Below, in pieces: positions 26,553-29,485 of a DNA stretch of 29,485 nucleotides. The translations under genes were made by a program, and so were the position numbers. The notes under the pieces are model-generated. The model saw only the letters and a program-made list of their open reading frames with translations, was not told the DNA's origin and did not search any database. Each line of letters starts with the position of its first letter. The first letter of the stretch is position 1. The stretch lies in NCBI GenBank assembly GCA_043767805.1, contig JAYUGC010000103.1, positions 1 through 29,485 of the forward strand. The letters run 5' to 3'. Origin of the DNA: Pseudomonadota bacterium. GTDB taxonomy: Bacteria > Bdellovibrionota > FAC87 > UBA2466.

Positions 26553-27029
26553 TTAGGGTTCTTTGACCAAGCTGTCTAGCGAAACCACGAGCTGATAGCG
26601 CGCCGATGCGCCGCTCCGCGACGCGTCTCCGATCGTAAAGAGAATCGGCATTCCCTCTCCGCCTTTGAGTGGAATGTCGGTCTGGAAAAAGCCACGGTAC
26701 CGCGGCGAATTTTCCGGAAGGCCCGACGTATCCCACACCTGAAGGCGCAAGTTGGCCGAGCCGTCGTGGATTTCCGTCGCGGTGACGTTGAGTCGTGCGG
26801 AAACGTCTCCCGCCGCCGCTCTTCCGTTAAGCTCCCACATGCCGGAGCCGAGCTGATTCAAAACGCCCTGATCGGTTGTGCGAGCGGCATAATCCCAGCT
26901 CGCCACCAAAGCGTTCGGCACCGCTGAAGAGGAGACGCCTTGAAACGCGCGCACCTTCCATTCCGCTTTAAGGCCCGCGGCGGACGCAAGAGACGACGCC
27001 ACGACTAACGCCAAGGCGAGCGTCTTCAT
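26553..27029 (-). CDS. Secreted hypothetical protein
   Basis: Signal MKTLALALVVASSLASA; ATG 27029 overlaps the upstream stop (ATGA). Confidence 0.8.
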   Translation of the reverse strand: MKTLALALVVASSLASAAGLKAEWKVRAFQGVSSSAVPNALVASWDYAARTTDQGVLNQLGSGMWELNGRAAAGDVSARLNVTATEIHDGSANLRLQVWDTSGLPENSPRYRGFFQTDIPLKGGEGMPILFTIGDASRSGASARYQLVVSLDSLVKEP

Positions 27030-27868
27030 TCTCCGAGCTCCGCGAAACCGAAGCCGCGCTGGGTTCCCCAAGGCGGCAAATCGCCGAGTTCTTTTTGAGG
27101 ATCGCGGTTCAATTCCGCCACGCGAAGCCATTCGGCTTTCAGATAACCGAGCTGATCTTGTTTCGCGCGGCTGCCTTGCGAGGCGGGCTTACCGCAGGAG
27201 CTCGAGGGCGTGTAGGCGTTGCCTTCGCAAATCGCTACCTTTACCGACGAGGGATCTGTCGTCATGGTGGAAACCCATTCGGTCAAGGTGAGAGGGCGGC
27301 GCGGCTCGATGGCCGGATCGAAAACGACGATCTGCTGGCCGTTTTTCAGCACCGGCACTACGTGGTACCACCAGCTGACCGAACCGCCCGGGGCGTTCGC
27401 CGTTTTCACTTCGAGGTTGCCGAAGATGAAAGCCTTCGCGGGCTGGAAGCCGCCCCATTGGCGCAAATTTTCCAGCATGAGCTGGGCGCGGGCGAAGCAA
27501 CCGTCATCGGGAAAGAGCCAGGTCGACCGGCGCTTGAACCCCTGATGTTCGGCATCGTCCATGAAACGAGAGTCGCGCACTCGCTTGAAACCTTCGGCGA
27601 GAGTAAACGAAGCGCGCCACTGCGGGGCGCGAGAAGTGTCGAGCTCGCTAAGCGGTTTTGCCATCTTCAGAGCGGAGTCGTCCTGGCTGATGTCTTCGTA
27701 CGTGTGGCTCTGCTTCAAGCGGCCCAGATACCGACGATACGCGTTTCCAGCCGTCTCGCCGCGCGAGCGCATGGCGGAGTGCGTGTGGATCCTCATGGTG
27801 GTGGCAGCCGAGGAAGCCGAGCTGACGAAAAGCAGTACGACGGAAAGCGATAACCCAATCATCCGCAT
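27026..27868 (-). CDS. Secreted protein-glutaminase (protein-glutamine deamidase) family enzyme
   Basis: FPDDGCFARA (Cys), WWYHVVPV (His) and VFDP (Asp) match the Chryseobacterium protein-glutaminase triad motifs; signal peptide from ATG 27868. Confidence 0.85.
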   Translation of the reverse strand: MRMIGLSLSVVLLFVSSASSAATTMRIHTHSAMRSRGETAGNAYRRYLGRLKQSHTYEDISQDDSALKMAKPLSELDTSRAPQWRASFTLAEGFKRVRDSRFMDDAEHQGFKRRSTWLFPDDGCFARAQLMLENLRQWGGFQPAKAFIFGNLEVKTANAPGGSVSWWYHVVPVLKNGQQIVVFDPAIEPRRPLTLTEWVSTMTTDPSSVKVAICEGNAYTPSSSCGKPASQGSRAKQDQLGYLKAEWLRVAELNRDPQKELGDLPPWGTQRGFGFAELGE

Positions 27869-27958
27869 GCAGTGAACCCCCCAAAGATTTTGTTCCTTGG
27901 TTAAAACCTTCGGGAGCCCAAAACTCAACCCTTTTGACAGGCTAAGTGCGTCATACTG

Positions 27959-28090
27959 TTAGCGGATGCCGCAGTACGTGTAGAGAAAAGTTTTGGTGTA
28001 CGGCTGGTACTTGTAATCACTATACGCGTGGAACTGCGACGGACCCGGGACCGCGTCGCGGTTGATCGATTGGAGATCCCATTGCGTCAT
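27959..28090 (-). pseudogene. Small ORF or 3' gene remnant (43 aa)
   Basis: MTQWDLQSINRDAVPGPSQFHAYSDYKYQPYTKTFLYTYCGIR with coding-like codon usage. No Shine-Dalgarno, no family recognised. Confidence 0.3.
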
Positions 28091-28139
28091 CGGAATGGAT
28101 CCCAAGACGGGCGATCGCACGCGCAGGTTTAAGTGACAC

Positions 28140-28170
28140 TTGACCCTCACGTAACGTAATACCTTAGCCT
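28140..28170 (+). promoter_or_regulatory. MerR-type autoregulated promoter (19-bp spacer with dyad operator)
   Basis: TTGACC-N19-TAGCCT with TCACGT-A-ACGTAA dyad, similar to the Mta/TipA operators. Confidence 0.85.
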
Positions 28171-28177
28171 TAAGGAC

Positions 28178-28954
28178 ATGCGTGACGGAGTGAGATACAC
28201 GGTCAGACAACTGGCGAAGCTCTCGGGAGTGAGCGTGCGAGCGCTGCACTTTTACGACGAGATTGGGCTTTTGAAGCCCGCCTATGTCGGCGAGAACGGC
28301 TACCGCTATTACGACAACGAGCAGCTCATGATGCTGCAACAGATTCTCTTTTACCGGGAGCTGGGGTTTCCGCTGGGCGACATCCAAAAAGTGCTGGGCG
28401 CGACGGAGTTCGACAAGGTCGCGGCCTTGAAAGCCCATCGCGCGGCGCTCGAGGAAAACGTCGGCAAGACTCGTGAGCTCATTCGCACCATCGATAAAAC
28501 GATCGCGAAACTCAAAGGAGAGTCCACCATGTCCGATAAAGATCTGTATCAAGGGTTCGATAAGCGTCTGCAAAAGGGATACGAAAAGGAGCTCGTGGAT
28601 CGCTACGGCAAAAAAGCCGAGGATCACATCAAGGAAAGCAAAGAACGCACCAAGCACTGGAAGAAAGACGATTGGGAGCGCGTGGGGAAAGAGAACGTCG
28701 CGCTGCTAAAAGATCTCGTCTCCGAGCTGGAAAAGGGCTCGCCCGCCTCGGCGCCAAGCGTGCAGAAAATCATTCAGCTGCACTTCGAGTGGCTTTGCCA
28801 CTTCTGGACGCCGAACCGGGAAGCGTACACGGCGCTGGGCCGGCTGTACGTTGAGCATGAGGACTTTCGTAAATTCTACGAGCCCTTTCATCCGGAGCTT
28901 GGGAACTATCTCGCGGACGCGATGAAAGTGTACGCCGACCGCAAGCTCGCCTAG
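28178..28954 (+). CDS. MerR-family regulator with TipAS effector domain (TipA/Mta-like)
   Basis: YTVRQLAKLSGVSVRALHFYDEIGLLKP, NGYRYY; C-terminal LGRLYVEHEDF..FYE...ELGNYLADAM. Confidence 0.93.
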   Translation: MRDGVRYTVRQLAKLSGVSVRALHFYDEIGLLKPAYVGENGYRYYDNEQLMMLQQILFYRELGFPLGDIQKVLGATEFDKVAALKAHRAALEENVGKTRELIRTIDKTIAKLKGESTMSDKDLYQGFDKRLQKGYEKELVDRYGKKAEDHIKESKERTKHWKKDDWERVGKENVALLKDLVSELEKGSPASAPSVQKIIQLHFEWLCHFWTPNREAYTALGRLYVEHEDFRKFYEPFHPELGNYLADAMKVYADRKLA

Positions 28955-29485
28955 CGAAGGCTTTTGCCTAGGCGCTGGAACGCTAACTCGATGAGCTTCG
29001 TGACGAGCGCTTGGTACGAAAGCCCCGAGGTCTGCCACATCTTCGGGAACATGCTGATGGGCGTGAAGCCGGGAAGGGTGTTCACTTCGTTAAGGTAGAA
29101 CTTGCCCGTCTTTCTCTCCAGGAAAAGATCGACGCGCGCGAGGCCGTCGCACTCGAGGAGGCGAAACACCTGGAGGGCGAGCTCTTGCGCTTCTTTAGTC
29201 TGGCCGGCATCGAGCGGCGCTGGGGTGAGAGCTTCCGCGCCGTCGCTCATCAGATACTTCGCCTCGTAGCTGTACCAGCCGACTTTGGCAGACGGCACGA
29301 TTTCGCCGGGTAACGCGACTTGCGCGGTTTTGTTCAAGCCCAGCACCGCGCACTCGATTTCCCGTCCGTCGATGCCTTGCTCGATGAGGACCTTGGTGTC
29401 GTACTTGAAACCGAATTCCACGGCTTTTTTAAGCTCTTCTTTGGTGGTGACTTTGCTGACGCCGACGGAAGACCCCTGACGAGAG
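28951..29485 (-). CDS. ddl: D-alanine--D-alanine ligase, 3' part (5' end outside window)
   Basis: The frame is open to the window edge: QGSSVGV, GREIECAVLG, YSYEAKY, ARVDLF, NEVNTLPGFT. Confidence 0.95.
   Translation of the reverse strand, partial: SRQGSSVGVSKVTTKEELKKAVEFGFKYDTKVLIEQGIDGREIECAVLGLNKTAQVALPGEIVPSAKVGWYSYEAKYLMSDGAEALTPAPLDAGQTKEAQELALQVFRLLECDGLARVDLFLERKTGKFYLNEVNTLPGFTPISMFPKMWQTSGLSYQALVTKLIELAFQRLGKSLR

Noticed and set aside
28951..29485. Van-type D-Ala-D-Lac ligase
   Set aside because: The omega loop reads YSYEAKY, as in ordinary D-Ala-D-Ala ligases, and no van genes are adjacent in the window.

Overview
Bacterial chromosomal window, GC-rich (roughly 55-60% by eye). 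The gene content (kamDE, PilZ/MshEN-type signalling, Flp pilin, waaF, mlaC, sigma-28-like promoters) suggests a Gram-negative of the Bdellovibrionota/'deltaproteobacterial' type; this placement is inference. Most of the window is ordinary housekeeping, envelope and signalling genes: ino1, hydrolases, Crp, an OmpR-type regulator, kamD/kamE, a MoxR AAA+ and VWA pair, an S41 protease, waaF, mlaC, OmpA, pepP, GST, a serine hydrolase, a protein-glutaminase, a TipA-like MerR regulator and a partial ddl. Two observations stand out. (1) An intact 513-aa exported protein (700-2241, minus) aligns motif-by-motif along its whole length with the N-terminal and N-deacetylase domains of animal heparan sulfate N-deacetylase/N-sulfotransferase (NDST), but has no sulfotransferase domain. 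It sits in a 3-kb mosaic of gene scars next to an IS66 remnant. (2) A MoxR AAA+ gene coupled to the B12/PLP lysine 5,6-aminomutase genes ends in an A10 run, and its -1 frame runs uninterrupted into the downstream VWA gene. This suggests frameshift-generated short AAA and long AAA-VWA products, or a homopolymer error. Many genes also look leaderless. I saw no rRNA, tRNA or CRISPR array. All family calls come from motif recognition, not database searches.
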